The notes under the pieces were generated by a model. The model ran no database searches, had not been told where the DNA came from, and saw nothing but the letters and a program-made list of their open reading frames with translations. A stretch of DNA of 64,000 nt from Guillardia theta CCMP2712 (lineage: Eukaryota > Protista > Cryptophyta), in the NCBI RefSeq assembly GCF_000315625.1, contig NW_005434632.1, positions 525,122 to 589,121 of the forward strand, given 5' to 3'. A program made the position numbers and the translations under genes. Each line of letters begins with the position of its first letter. Positions within the stretch are counted from its first letter, which is position 1. Below are positions 11,409 through 24,386 of the stretch, piece after piece.

Positions 11409-12149
11409 CCTGCAGCATTACGTCAGATATCCATGAGAGATATAAAATAAAGAGGATAGAAAGGTAGTGTGCGGCTACATGCTTGCTAAATTAAGCGTGG
11501 GGTGTTCTGTGTCCTTTTCACTACTGTCACGTGACTGCAAAAATTATCGATAGCACTTTCTACCCTAGATTTCACATGTTCACTTTCTTGGTTTCCGGTA
11601 CATGTTAACGCAAACAGCTCCCATCGCTCCCCTTGCTCCCCTATGCTAATCCGTTTCTTGACCAAATCAGACACACATGGTGCATTTAAACCTCAAAAAA
11701 TCTTCACCGCGCTGTTGAAATGTACACCTCAACAACATGGGGCAAAAGCAATTCTTTGTTGTCAAGCATTATCAATGTTTGCAAGAAGCATTTTGACTGT
11801 CATCAACGACATAAACTTCATCTACTCTTTTTTTTTGTCGTCATGAAACTGATATCCACATTCTCCTCTCTTCTTTATCGCGACACTCCACTACTGACCC
11901 CTTTTCCCCGTCTTTCCCTCCAACTATCCCATCTGTTTCGACATACATGACCGTCTCTTGACTCCCTCCTTGATCAACATCCTTCTCCTCCGAGTCGGAC
12001 ACCTTCCTTCCTCGCTCCTTCCTCACATCCACCCGCCTCCCCGTCCTCCTCCCCCTCTCGCTCCCTTGCCACATCGCGCATGCTTCTTCTCGCTGCAGCA
12101 CGAGGGGAAAGAAAAAAAAAGCGATGATACCACATCCCACCGCAGTCCC

Positions 12150-12790
12150 TTACTCTAGTACCCCTCCACCAGCCGGGGGCCTCCACCCAATGTACCGGTA
12201 CGTTGTTAATACCCCCCAATAAAACACTATATACCCCACCTTTTCCCTGCCTTGATCACAGATCGGACCGTACGAAGTTCTACCCACCCTGTTCATCTCG
12301 CTGAACTGAGTCGTGGGCCGCCGCCCGCCGGGCCGCGGCCCTCTTTCTCAGTCACTGCCGCTACTAAGTTGAATCGCCGGACTCGGGGCCGGGGGCCGGG
12401 AAACCAGCCCTCAGTGTAACGGAACACTGATAAAAGTTCAACGGTGACGGGGCGTGTTGTTGAGTCTGGTCCGAGTCGCAGTTGAATAAAAGTACTTGAA
12501 TACGTTGAACGATTGTCCGATACCGTAGTTCAGCCATCATAGGGCCAGGAAACGTTGAACGGTCAGTGCAATGCGCGGCCAGGCAACCGTTGAACAGTGC
12601 GGTGACCGTGGAACGTATGCCAGCCGTGGGCCAGTCAGATCATGAGCGCCGAGGCCGGGAAAAAGCTTCAACGGTTTGGCAAGTTGCTTGGAGGGCCCCG
12701 GGCCCGGCGCTGTCACGGCCGGCCCGGCCGCGCCGCAGTGGCGATCGGACGGTGCGCGGAACTTCGGAACTTATGCGGAAACAAGTTCCC
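12150..12790. promoter_or_regulatory. Composite intergenic module: short ACCCC domain, then CCGG/GGCC-rich island with clustered CGTTGAA/AACGG motifs
   Basis: CGTTGAA/TTCAACG at about 12437, 12503, 12553, 12588 and 12667; GTTGAA at 12368 and 12481. Lies between divergent RPLP0 and the 13024 ORF. Confidence 0.5.
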
Positions 12791-13023
12791 TCTTCCCCGC
12801 TCAATCCCCTCAACCTGCCTAGAGAGAGTAGAGCAGTTCCTCGTCCTTCTCGTTCCTGGTCCTCCGCTCCTGCCCTCGCGCGCGTTCCAACCTCCTCCTC
12901 CTTGTCCCCACCTCTTCTCAAGCTTCTTCTCTCCTCAAGACTCCGCCCTGCTTCTGTCTTCTGAGCAGACGTCACACTGACAACCTTCAACTCACATTGT
13001 TCGCTTGACAAGGCATCGGACCC

Positions 13024-13785
13024 ATGTCGTCCATCATGGCAGATAACCTGACTCCCTGGAGCGAGTTCGACGAGTACGAATGGATGAAAATCAAGCTGAA
13101 ATGCTCGGATGAGGATAGACTCTCAATCAAGGGCTGCAGCACAATCATTCAGATCAGGGAGATCTGGAAAATTCTCGCTGCGCAAGGAAAGGCAGTACTG
13201 TATCAAAGTCAACGGGAGGAGGAGAACTCTGTCTTCGGCTTCAACAAGATCGTGGCGATCGATATTCTAGCTTGCTATAGGGCCTTTTGCTCTTCCTCCA
13301 AGAATCCCACTCGCTGGGCCATGGACAAGATGAGGAACTGCGGCATGAAGCCCACCAAACACTCGCAGGGCCCTGCGCACCGGGACATTCGCAAGTCCTG
13401 GAAGAGTCTGGTCTACTACCAGGAGTACACGTTTGACCCTAACTACGTGGAGAACAACACCCACCGCAACTGGGTCAACGGATGCGAAGCTCTTGTCCGC
13501 GAAAAAGCTCACCCGAACACTCCCAGGTACAAGAAGAAGAAGGTTCCTTCGCCTCCCACTCCTTCACTTCCTCCCACCCCTTCGCTTTCTTCGACTGCTT
13601 CCCCTTCCCTTCGGTCGCTGCCATCGTCGTCGCAATCTCCCGAGGAGCAGGAGGTTGGTGAATGCGAACATTGCATCATGGCGGAATTTCTCAACAACTC
13701 TCCCTGCCCGTTTCATCCCCCCGCGAGCTCTCAGACTGCCAGCAGCTGCCGCCGTCTGAACTTCGAGGAGGCACCAGCAGAGTGA
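13024..13785 (+). CDS. Intronless 253-aa hypothetical nuclear protein, possible lineage-specific DNA-binding factor
   Basis: Clean ATG-TGA ORF with non-repetitive globular N-terminal ~170 aa, basic NLS-like RYKKKK, S/T-P-rich tail and terminal CRRLNF. Confidence 0.7.
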   Translation: MSSIMADNLTPWSEFDEYEWMKIKLKCSDEDRLSIKGCSTIIQIREIWKILAAQGKAVLYQSQREEENSVFGFNKIVAIDILACYRAFCSSSKNPTRWAMDKMRNCGMKPTKHSQGPAHRDIRKSWKSLVYYQEYTFDPNYVENNTHRNWVNGCEALVREKAHPNTPRYKKKKVPSPPTPSLPPTPSLSSTASPSLRSLPSSSQSPEEQEVGECEHCIMAEFLNNSPCPFHPPASSQTASSCRRLNFEEAPAE

Positions 13786-14288
13786 GAGGAAGCATCAGCC
13801 ATGCGGAGGAGCCGCCCAGCAGAAGCCGAACTTGAAGTTCTGATTGAGGTCGCCCGGGCCGAGCCGCGCTCGGATGGGCAGGAGCCTTTCAGCAACATTC
13901 CCACCACCCGGTGGGGATTGTCAGTGTGTGAGAATGCCGGGGCCCGATCGCCAGGGCCCGGCGAGTGTTGACTACTGAGTGTACTGATAGAGGCGACGAC
14001 ATGCCTAGACTTGTGGAATGCCATGATTGACATTGATGTGTGTGTGAACTAAGTAAATCGTGTGAAAAACCCAGTCAGCTCGACGCTCATTGTGAAAAAA
14101 CTCAGTCAGCTCGACTCTCATTGGAACTGCCGCCTCTCCTTGAACGACAACCGTCGCAGCAGCCCTGTAGCCGGTGCTCGAGTCTGAGAGCCTACAACTC
14201 AATTACTCGGCGGGCCGGAGTGAGTCTCGGGCCCGGTCGGGGGAGTCAACTGAACGAGGAGAGCGAAAGAGGTTTACTATGAGCAACA

Positions 14289-16737
14289 TCATCTCTGATC
14301 CATCTGGGCGATCTTGGCCCTGACCTGAAGTGGAATTAGGGACCCAAGGGAGGAGGAGGAGGAGGAGGAGGAGGAGGAGGAGGAGGAGGAGGAGGAGGAG
14401 GAGGAGGTGTGAAGAAGAGCAGGAGCAGGTAAAGGAGCGGAGAGAGGAGGAGAAGAGTGGGGGAAGGAGGAGAGGAATGCGGAGTGGCGATGAGGAACAG
14501 GAGCTTACCTCCTCCAACTCGACGTCAAGCTTCTTGATCGCCAAGTCGATCTCTGCCAGTCTGCGAACAGAAAGGATCATGAGGGAGGGACATTAGAGCA
14601 GGATAGCAGCTGGGGGAGGCAAAGGCAGCAGCTGGGGGAGGCGGGTGGGAGAGACTTTGAATGGGGAAAGAGAAGAAACAGCAGGGGACACCTTCTGTTC
14701 CTTTCTGCTTCGGCAAGCAGCGAGTCAACCGATTTACCTGGAAAGGAAAGGAGAGTCAGGCTGACACGCAGAGAGTACAGGAAGAGGCTGACGGGGACAA
14801 GAATGAGGAGGAGGAGGAGGAGGAGGGAGGGAGGGAGAAACGTATTCTCCTACTTGAGCTCATTGCCATCTGCTTGCGGTGAGCCTTGAGCAACGTTGAC
14901 ATGAATCGTTCAGTCTCAGACCTGTCGAGCATGGGGGTCAGCCCGCTACCCGCTCCTCTCTCCTTTCTCTTCTCACTTGTCCCACATGGACCCTTTCGTC
15001 TCGGTCGTACTCCCTTCCCTGCCCAGCTCTCGGATCTTCAGACGGATCTCGTCCTCCTCCTTCTGCCATCTCGCCGTCACGGCCTACTCCACCCCTCCAC
15101 AGCATCGTCGTCTCCACGCTCCTCACCTGCAGCTGCAGAAGCCTCTGCTCCTTTTCTGCGATGCGCCCGTCCATATCCTTGATGGACGCCTCCCTCACTT
15201 CGTTGGAGTCTGCGCGCTCGTAGAGGCTCGCGCGCTCTCTTGCCCTCTGCGCAGGAGGCTCAGCACCGTCATCAAGAGCATCTAAGGGGAAGACCTTCTC
15301 CGAAGGCAGCTCCTCGAACTCCATCAAGGCGTTCTCGAGGACGCTGATGCACGTTCCTGCCAGGGCTCTTCAGCTCAGTGCCGCTCCCCTCCGCCTTCCC
15401 CACCGAGGGATTCTCCTCGCGCCATGGCATCGCACAGCGAGTCGTACGCAGCTCGGTGCTCGCGGAGGAGGAGGATGGCTTCAGTGACCGCCCAGCGCGC
15501 TTGGTTGAGGACTTGTTGAGGTTGCCATGGGGGCAGCAATCCTGCGCCAGTAGGATCAAGAGGAAATCATCAAGAGGGAGGAGAGCAGAGAGTGTAGCGA
15601 GGGGACGATGGGAAGGAGAGGATCGAAAAGAAGGGGAGGTGGATGGCGAGCTGAGTAGTGAGAATGAGGGGTCGTCCTACCAACAAGAAAGCTCACTAGA
15701 GCCGATTCATCGCTCGCCCCTCCCTCTGCCTGCTCGTAATTCATCGCCTCCGCAGCTATCCCCCCCATGAGCACGATCGTGTATCTGTCGATGGCCGTTC
15801 GCGTCACTCTGTTGGCATTCAGCTGAGTGGACAGGTCGTTGTCGAAGAAGACAGTCCCGGCTTGACCTCTGATCCCAGCTCGGGTTGCATCCCACGCTGA
15901 AAGAAAGAAGCCTTGGATCGGGCACCCGAGGAGGTAGGCCAGCAGGAAGTGTCCGGCCTCGTGCTTGATGACCTTCTCCTTGTACTTGGGGAAGAGGAAG
16001 CGGTAGGCGGATTCAAACGCTGCCCCGCTGGTAAGGAGCCGGTCGACAACGAAGAGGAAGGCAGTGAAGGGGATCACGGTCCTTAGAGGGTCGAGCCCGG
16101 CGTTGAGAGCCAGAAAGTACTCTACAGTGCACAGACCGAGCCCAGCAGCAAGCCAGCCGTACTGCGCGTTCTTGGGTGTCAGTGCTGACATGGGAAGAGC
16201 TATAGTCTCCTGAAGGGCCTCAACGTCAATCTCTTTAGAAGCGTAAGGGAGATACTGCGGGGAGGCTTGGATGCACCCGAAACCTCTCAGCAGCCCTCTG
16301 TTCTTCAGCCCAGTGTATGCAACAGAAGTCAGCACTTGCTGCTCGTTCTCTGTCTCCGCAGACAGGTCGAGAGGGATCAGGTCGAGGAGCTTGATCGCCT
16401 GCTCCATGCTGATCTCGACAGCCATATTGTCTTTGAGGAGAGCGACGGCATCCTTCGCATTGCCAGCTTGAATCTTCTCTTCTAGCTCCTTCTGCTTTGA
16501 TTCCCTCTCCTTCTCTGCTCTCAGCTCTTGCTCAGCGTCCAATCCCTGGGATCGAACCCTGGTTCTCCAGCAGGGAGCTGTGCGCCAGCACTGTCGTCCC
16601 TGCTGATGGGGCAGGAGCGGGAGGACTCGTTGGGATCGCAGGAAGGCAGAGGAGGGAAGAGGCTGGAGGAAGCAGTCGACCTGAAAGGAGGCGGCAAGGA
16701 CCAACATGGCCAGGAGATGGCAACCTCGCGGATGCAT
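14289..16737 (-). CDS. Plastid-targeted FtsH/M41-peptidase-domain protein without AAA module (VIR3-like), with coiled-coil C-terminal extension
   Basis: Signal peptide MHPRGCHLLAMLVLAASFQVDC then F-initiated transit-like region; two hydrophobic segments; VIKHEAGHFLLAYLLG (HExxH), GQAGTVF, VLMGGIAAEA, GGASD, QARWA; spliced tail ends ..KIAQMDQR*. Confidence 0.8.
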
Positions 16738-17289
16738 GCTCGTTGACCTCTGGGATTCCCCGCTGACAAGGATCAAGTCACGTACAATGCAACAAGATTC
16801 GACACGGATGTCACATGCAGTGCAGGAGCAACGGGAACCCGTTCCTATTTCTCACCCTCCACTCTTATTCGAATCAATACCAGCATTCCAATCCAACTAA
16901 AGACACACATCACCGGTCTTTGCAGCCGGTAGTCAACACTTTCACAGTGCAATCTTGAAAATCATTGGGACTTTGTTACATCATGTGCACCATCATTCTC
17001 TACCTTATCATTGTCTTGGTATCTTTCTTTCATCACTTCCTTCCACATATTGAGTACATGCTTAAAAATTCTCAACCCCTACTCTAATCCTTGCAGACAG
17101 CAAATCTGACAAAATTTGTTTCAGATTGCCATTGAGAGCAAGATGTTCTACTCGTGCAAAACCTTGTTTGCGCATCCTGCTGATACATCTTCACACCATT
17201 CTTTCGTTTCCTCCTACTCACACACTTCTTCCCCTTCTTCGTTCCATATTGACATACTACCATCTCCCACCATTTCCTTATGCCTTGCC

Positions 17290-18210
17290 GTCCCACCCCC
17301 GGCTTCCCCGTAGAAGCCTAATGGTACCCCTCCTTTCACATTGACTACCCCCTATTTTCCTACCAAGGCACCCAACCTACCCCCACAAAGATGACTATAT
17401 TTCGTGAACATCTGCCCCATCTCCTCTATTACCCCCTCGGGAACAGGGGATTTCCTGGAAGAGAGGGTAGGGGTGCTTCCTCACACCTGTACGGGTAGTG
17501 TAAAGGGACTTTCGGGTGGTAGTTTATAATACCCCTACTTTTCTGCCAAACAGCGGGGTACTGAACAATGGGGTATCCAGAGCGTTCTTCACTGGGGTAG
17601 TGCAGGGGAAATATGGGGGTAGTAGAGACATGGGATGATTCCCTAGCACATCCAACATCACCCCTCCTCGGCACAAACCTACCCCATGTGATTCCATTGA
17701 AATATGGGAAATTGAAGGGGTATGTAAAAATGGGATGGGGGTGTACAATAACACCGGTAGGTACAAACCAACTTTAGGTTGGGATAGTAGACAAGGGTGG
17801 GGTTCTCAAGGTATGGAAGGGGGGTAGGGGACCTACCGGGCAGGCGGTTTCGAAATTTGAATTTCTCGAGTACCCCACCCAGTTAGGGATTACAAAACTT
17901 TTGCAACCACCTCTTTTCGGTGGGTACTAATGTGCAATGACCGGTCACTGTTCTCATTACCCACCATGATATTAATCTTTGAGCTCCCTGTACCCCCATA
18001 CCAGTATAATTGGTATAAAAGATTGATTATTTATCTTAAACTTTCAAATTTTAGAATCAAATTTATTCTTTTTCTTCAATACGTGTTCTTGATTGTTGCC
18101 CTAACCCCATTGATTTCTTATGCACCGGTACAAAACCTGAACATACCCACCCTAAATCCACCCCATTTGAAATTGCTACTACCCACCCTACCCGCTTCTA
18201 GCACACCTGG
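17290..18210. promoter_or_regulatory. ACCCC/GGGGT motif-dense intergenic domain between divergent genes
   Basis: Same word content as 900-2270; strand polarity switches C-rich, G-rich, C-rich. Regulatory role is inferred. Confidence 0.45.
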
Positions 18211-18684
18211 GTGGAAAAGCAATGGCGGAAGGGGAGCGACCAGGGGGAGAAGAGGAACACAGAGGAGAGATGCTACGGTGAATCATGAAGGAATGAGAAC
18301 AGAAGGAGATGTCAGAAATGGACGGGAAGAGAAGAACAGATTGTAGAGATGAGCATGAGTAAGGATCGGTTTTCGAGAAGAGAAGTATATATGTGGAGAG
18401 GAAGCAAGTAGGAAGAGATGGAGCTGACCATCATTGCTTATGAATGTCCAAAACTCAGAAAGAATTGATGGCTAGAGTGAGGTATTGCATACAATTAGAA
18501 TGCTAGATTGCAGATCAAGAACCTGTTGACCATGTCACGATGAAAATTACGATTTTTTGGTCCGGAAAGATAAAAATACTGTTTTGTTGTTTGTCAGGCG
18601 CGATTGTTGCAGACAAGGCTGACTCTTGTTGCACAGATAAAATTTTGGCTATCGGGCTGCAAAGCCTGAAGGACTTGAAGAGGA

Positions 18685-21600
18685 ATGCACATTCAAGAAA
18701 TCATTATCGATGGTTTCAAATCATACGCCAAGCGAACCGTTATTCAGGGCTTCGACCCCATGTTCAACGCCATTACTGGTTTGAATGGAAGTGGAAAGTC
18801 AAACATTCTTGATTCTATCTGCTTTGTTCTTGGCATCTCGAGGCTGGAGCAGGTGCGAGCAGGATCACTACAGGAGTTGGTGTACAAGCAGGGGCAGGCC
18901 GGAGTAACCAAGGCGACAGTAACGATCGTGTTCGACAACAAAGACAAGAAGGGATCTCCTGTTGGATATGAATCCTACGATGAGATTGCTGTCTGTAGAC
19001 AGGTGGCCATCGGCGGTCGCAACAAGTACCTTATCAACGGTCATGTTGCCCAACAAAACAAAGTACAAAACTTGTTTCACTCTGTCCAATTGAATATCAA
19101 CAACCCACATTTCCTGATCATGCAGGGAAGGATCACTAAGGTGATCAACATGTCTCCACAAGAGATTCTCGGGTTGATTGCGGAGGCTGCTGGAACCAAG
19201 ATGTATGAGAGCAAGAAGGAGGCGGCCTTGAAAACCATCGAAAAGAAAGAGACTAAACTCGAAGAAATTCAAAGGATTTTGAAGGAAGACATCACCCCAA
19301 CCTTGGAGAAGTTGCGGACAGAACGTGCTGCATATATCCAATGGACTTCTGGCAATACAGAGCGCGAGAGGTTGGAACGATTTTGTACAGCATGGGAATT
19401 CACTCAGGCAGAGAACCTGACGAGAAAAGCTGCTGATGAGATGTTGCAAATGGAAGCAGACAAGAAGGACATGGAGAAGAAGTGCAAGGACTTGTCTGCA
19501 GAGATTGCTGAAAAGGAAGAAATCGTCAAGTCTCTGCAGCGAGCCAAGGCAAATGAGATGGGAGGAGAAATGAAGGAGCTGGAGGCCAAGTCGAATGAGC
19601 TGAGCAAAGCGCTAGTCAAGGCAACCACTACCTGGCAGCACAGCAAGGAAAACCTTGACAGCGAGAAGAAAGCCGTGGACAAGACTCGCAAACAGCACAA
19701 AGATCTTCAGAAAGTGCTGGATTCGAACAAAGCCAAAGTCTCCAAGGCCGAAAAGAGTGTGCAGGATATCACCGAGCAAGTCGCTGGCTGCCAAGGCAAG
19801 TTGACAGACCTACAAAGGCAGAAGCAGGGCCTGCAAGCTGGATGCGATGCAGACAGCAAGGAGGGCGAGAAGTCTCTTGCTGACCAGCTGAAGGATGCCA
19901 AGACCCACGTAAACCTAACCCTTGTGATTCGCTTCAGGTCTTGACCGTGCTCCCACAGGTCTCCACTGCAGAGTCCGAGCTTGTGCAGCTCAGAAACAGG
20001 ATGCAACATCTCAAGTCGGAGTTGTCGCAGCGTCAGAAGGGAGCGAAGAACGCAGGAAAGGAATACGAGCAGCTACAGGTCCCTCCATAATTCCATCTGG
20101 TTGTGCGTTGATCCTGTCGACTAGGGCGAGCTCAGCAAGGCAAGCAACACTGTTGCCAAGGCCAAGGCGGAGCTCGACAAGCTGTCTTTCGACGCTAAGG
20201 CGCAGGTCCATGACAGCACCTGCTAGAAAGCAAGGGAGGTTCTGATTGTTTCTCACAGGACGAGCTCAAGGCTCAGATCTCCTTAGAGGAAGCAGCTGTA
20301 AGAAAGCTTCAGGAGGAAGTTGATGCTCTCTCCGCCCAGGTGAATTTGAGGACTTGAAGGCTTGTTGGTTTCTTACTTTGGCCGCAGATAAGCAACTTTG
20401 ATGTTCAGTACACCTCTCCTTCCTCCTCCTTTGATCGATCAAAAGTCAAGGGCATTGTAGCATCCCTGGTCAAACTCAAGGACAAGTCGACCGCGACTGC
20501 CATCGAGGTTGCCGCAGGCGCCAAGTTGTATCAGTTGGTTGTTAAGGATGAAGAGACTGGCAAGCAGGTGAAGATGGATGTGCATGCAGCATGGAGGGCT
20601 GATACCTTGGTCCCTTGCAGATCTTAAAGAATGGGCAGCTCAAGAAGAGGGTCACTATTATCCCCCTCAACAAGATTCAGGCCTCTACTGTTCCAGACAG
20701 CATTCTCAAGACGGCTTCGAAGAGTTTGGGACCCGAGAGAGCCAGGTTGGCCCTGGAATTCGTGGGCTACGACGACGAGGTAACAGACTATTAGAGGATA
20801 ATTCCTGTGTGAGGGGCTGCGTCAGGTGGAGGCTGCGATGAAGTACGTACTCGGGAAGACGATGGTCTGCAAGGACGTCGAGGCTGCCAAGTCGTGCGCT
20901 TTCAACGAAGGCATCAGGGTGAAGGTGCTTGCGAGTTGTTGACCAGCCGCTCGCCTCACGGCCTTGCAGTCCGTGACCCTGGAGGGTGACCTCTTCGACC
21001 CTGCCGGGACCCTCACTGGAGGGACGCGCGCACCTACCTCCTCCTCGATCTTGACCAGATTCGGTCAGCCTACGAGGAGCCCTTGGGTTGCGTTGACGTT
21101 GGGTGCAGGTGATCTGCTCGACAAGAAGGAGGAGCTGGAGCAGAGGGAGAAGAAGCTCAAGGCCCTCAAGGCACAAGTAAAGGCCCCGTGTGAGGCGATG
21201 TTTCCCTTGCTTACGGCAAAGTCCAGGCGCAGGAGGCCAGGAAGCAGGAGGAGCAGCACCAGAACCTCTCGCAGAAGCTCTCTCTTGCCGAGCACGAGTC
21301 ATCCCTCATCAAGTCTCGTCTCGAGGCCAACCCCTACTTCAAGGTCCTCCGATGTGAGCATGGCAAGTCAACCCCTTGACCATTCTCATCAGGCTGCTGA
21401 AGAGCTGCGATCTATGGAGGAGGAGGTCAACGCCGGGTAAGCTGAGCTGAAGTAGAGCATGCGATACTGACGTGGTCGTCAGCGACCAGAAGATTGCAGA
21501 GAAGACGAAGGAGAAGGAAGAGGCATCAGCCCTTGTGAAGCGCCTGGAGAAACAGATCCAGGAGTACTCCAAGTCGTGGGACAAGCTGCTGGCAGCCAAG

Positions 21601-23186
21601 GAGAAGGAGATTGCCGAGACCAAGGAGCTCCTCACACAGCTCAACGCCAAGTGATGCTCACTGCTCCCCTCCCCTCCCCTCACTCCTTGCTGGCAGGTTG
21701 AAGGCGACGCGTGAAGAGAACGAGAGCATCTTGCTGGATTCTCAAGCGAGTGCCGAAGAATTGAAGACCATCGAAGAGCAGATAGCTGCTGGAGAGGAGG
21801 TGGAGGCTCTGCTTGCGACTTCATGCTGCTCATGCAGTGCAGGTCGTGGCGAAGTGCGAGGAGGAAGTCGCCGCTCTTGAGCAGACAGTGACAGCCAAGC
21901 GAAGCGCGTTCGACGAGGCCGAGGCGGAGCTCAAGGAGAGGAGGGATGCGATCAAGCAGGCCGACAAAGACATCCAGGAAGCTAGCAAGGTCCTCGCCTG
22001 CCCCGTTGCGTCGAATTGAGCTAACTGGCTCATCTAGGAGTGCGAAAAGACCGAGAAGAAGCTGGAGGAGCAGAAGATCGCGATCAAGAAGCTCGAGCAT
22101 CAGATTGCCCGGTGAGGGTTCAGGGCCTGCGAGTCGCTTCTACTGATTGTCCTGCAGGTTCGACAAGGACTCGCTGGAGGCCAAGAAAGCCGTTGAACAC
22201 TTCCTGCGCGTGCACTCGTGGATCTCGACTGAGCGAGCTCAGTTCGGCAAGGCTGGTAGGCTTCCGCCTGCTCGGCACCTTTGGACCCTCTGACGTGGGG
22301 GCAGGAGGAGACTACGACTTCAAGGCTAACGACCCCAAGAAAGCCCAGGAGAGAATGAAGGAGCTGGTGGAACAGCATGAGAAGCTCGGCAAGAAGATCA
22401 ACAAGAAAGTGATGGGCATGTTCGAGAAGGCGGAGCAGGAGTACCAGGAAGTGATGGAGAAAAAGAGGATCGTCGAGAACGACAAGAGGAAGATCGAGGT
22501 GCGTGCGCCCGTGGCCTGGTAGCCCTTGATGACGTGAGATGTCGCAGATGGTGATGGAGGAGCTCGACGAGAAGAAGAATCAGGCGCTAAAGACCACCTG
22601 GACTAAGGTCAATCGCGACTTCAGGTTCGCTCCTCGCCTCTCCCCCCTCCTCCTCCTCCTCACTGATCGCCTCCCACAGCTCCATCTTCCAGACCCTACT
22701 CCCCAATGCCCGCGCCAAGCTTGAACCTCCCGAGGGCGGAAGCGTTCTTGACGGCCTCGTCCTGCGTGTTGGGTTCGGTGACTGCTGGAAGGAGTCTCTG
22801 AGGTCAGTCTCCTCATTCCCCTCCTCTTGCCCAGGACTGACGTGAGACTAGCGAGCTGAGCGGAGGACAGAGGTCTCTCCTTGCCCTCTCTCTCATCCTC
22901 GCCCTCCTCCTCTTCAAGCCAGCTCCGATGTACATCCTCGACGAGATCGATGCCGCTCTTGACTTGAGCCACACGCAAAACATCGGACACATGCTCAAGA
23001 CGCACTTCAAGAACTCTCAGGTTGGATCCTCTCCCGACCTCCCCTCCAAGCGCTCACTTTGCCTTACAGTTCATCATTGTCTCGCTCAAGGAGGGCATGT
23101 TCAACAACGCTAACGTGCTCTTCCGCACCAAGTTCGTCGATGGTGTTAGCACCGTCACAAGAACGACTCCAGGACAGAAGGCGTGA
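18685..23186 (+). CDS. SMC2: Condensin subunit SMC2, multi-exon
   Basis: [40 protein letters not shown], hinge ([28 protein letters not shown]), [58 protein letters not shown]. Confidence 0.97.
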
Positions 23187-23305
23187 TATCTTGTACTCTC
23201 ATCTTGACTAACTAAACTAATCCCAACCTTATCCTTCTTCCCCTCCAAGCGCCTTCATCCTCCCCTGCATCACCGTCTCTTCCTTGCTCGTAGCGCCTGT
23301 CGCCT

Positions 23306-24272
23306 TCACTGGCTGTCTCTAGCTGCTCTGATTCTCTTCAATATGAAGATCCCTCCCCTGCCAACATGCGTCAGTCACGACCTCGTCATCGCATGTCTCA
23401 CCGTCCTCCTCGTGAGATGCGAATGTCGCCATGGCAGAAGCCGGTCCGCAGCTCCCCCCTTGGTCTGGGAAGGGGAAGGACGAGCTGCGGGAGGAAGGGT
23501 ACCTTAATGCTTGCTCGAGAGAAGGTTACCCCGAGCCTCCGCGGTTGCTCTCCTGCCAGCTCCCCAAAGACGCGGATAACGAGCTGAGGTGAGGAGGAAG
23601 GAGGGCGGAGCGAAGGGAAGGGGAAGGAGGAGGGGACCGCGCGTATCACGACGAAGTTCTCAACAGTCTTCTGCTGCACGTCGATCGTCTGCTCGTTCCT
23701 GACGCGCAGCCACTTGTCCCTCCCTCCCGCGTCCTCCTGCCCTCCAGCCAGGAAGGGAGCGAGGCGGAAGAGGGTGCGGTACAAGTAGGACGTGGGGTCT
23801 ACCCCTCCTATGCCTTCCCCTGCCGACTGTGTGGAGAAGATGAGGGACCATCGACCTGCGATCTCTTCCTCCTCGACCATGTCGAGCATCTCCAGCTCTC
23901 CAGCTACTTTCAGCGTCTCTTCAATACTTCCAGCCGCAACTGATCGCAATAGATGCTGCACTAGCAGCTCCAGGTCAGCTCTCTGCCCCTCGTCTGCTCC
24001 TCCTCGTGCTCCTGCGCACAGAGGCAGATGGATGGATCGACTGCGGGAGGAGGAAAGTACGAAGCGAGATGTGACAGGATGAGGGAATCGAGTCAAAGAA
24101 CACGAGGGGAGAGGGTGAGAGGAGGGGAAATTAACGCGAGACGAGAGAAAAGCAGGAGCAAGAGAGGAGGAGGAGGAGGAAGGGGAGAGAGAGAGGAGGA
24201 GGAGGAGGAGGATGAGGAGACTTGCATTGACGCGATGGCGAATGCGAACATGGAGACAGCTCGCCAAGCCAT
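23306..24272 (-). CDS. Plastid lipid-associated protein/fibrillin family; start frame uncertain
   Basis: IAGRWSLIFST, NEQTID, C-terminal DIRISRGGR|GGIFILKR; hydrophobic leader with APAF. The long frame has no in-frame ATG. Confidence 0.65.
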
Positions 24273-24386
24273 AGCGATTTGTCTATCCAGTATACACGGC
24301 GTCGCCTGCTGATTTCTTTCCTTGTGGTCTGCCATCACCCATGGATCGCGCAAGGATCGCTCTTTTCATGGTCAACAGTCCTGCCA

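Noticed and set aside
13024-14290. Mobile element or viral insertion around the intronless ORF
   Set aside because: No terminal repeats, target-site duplication or transposase/integrase motif seen; composition is similar to host genes.
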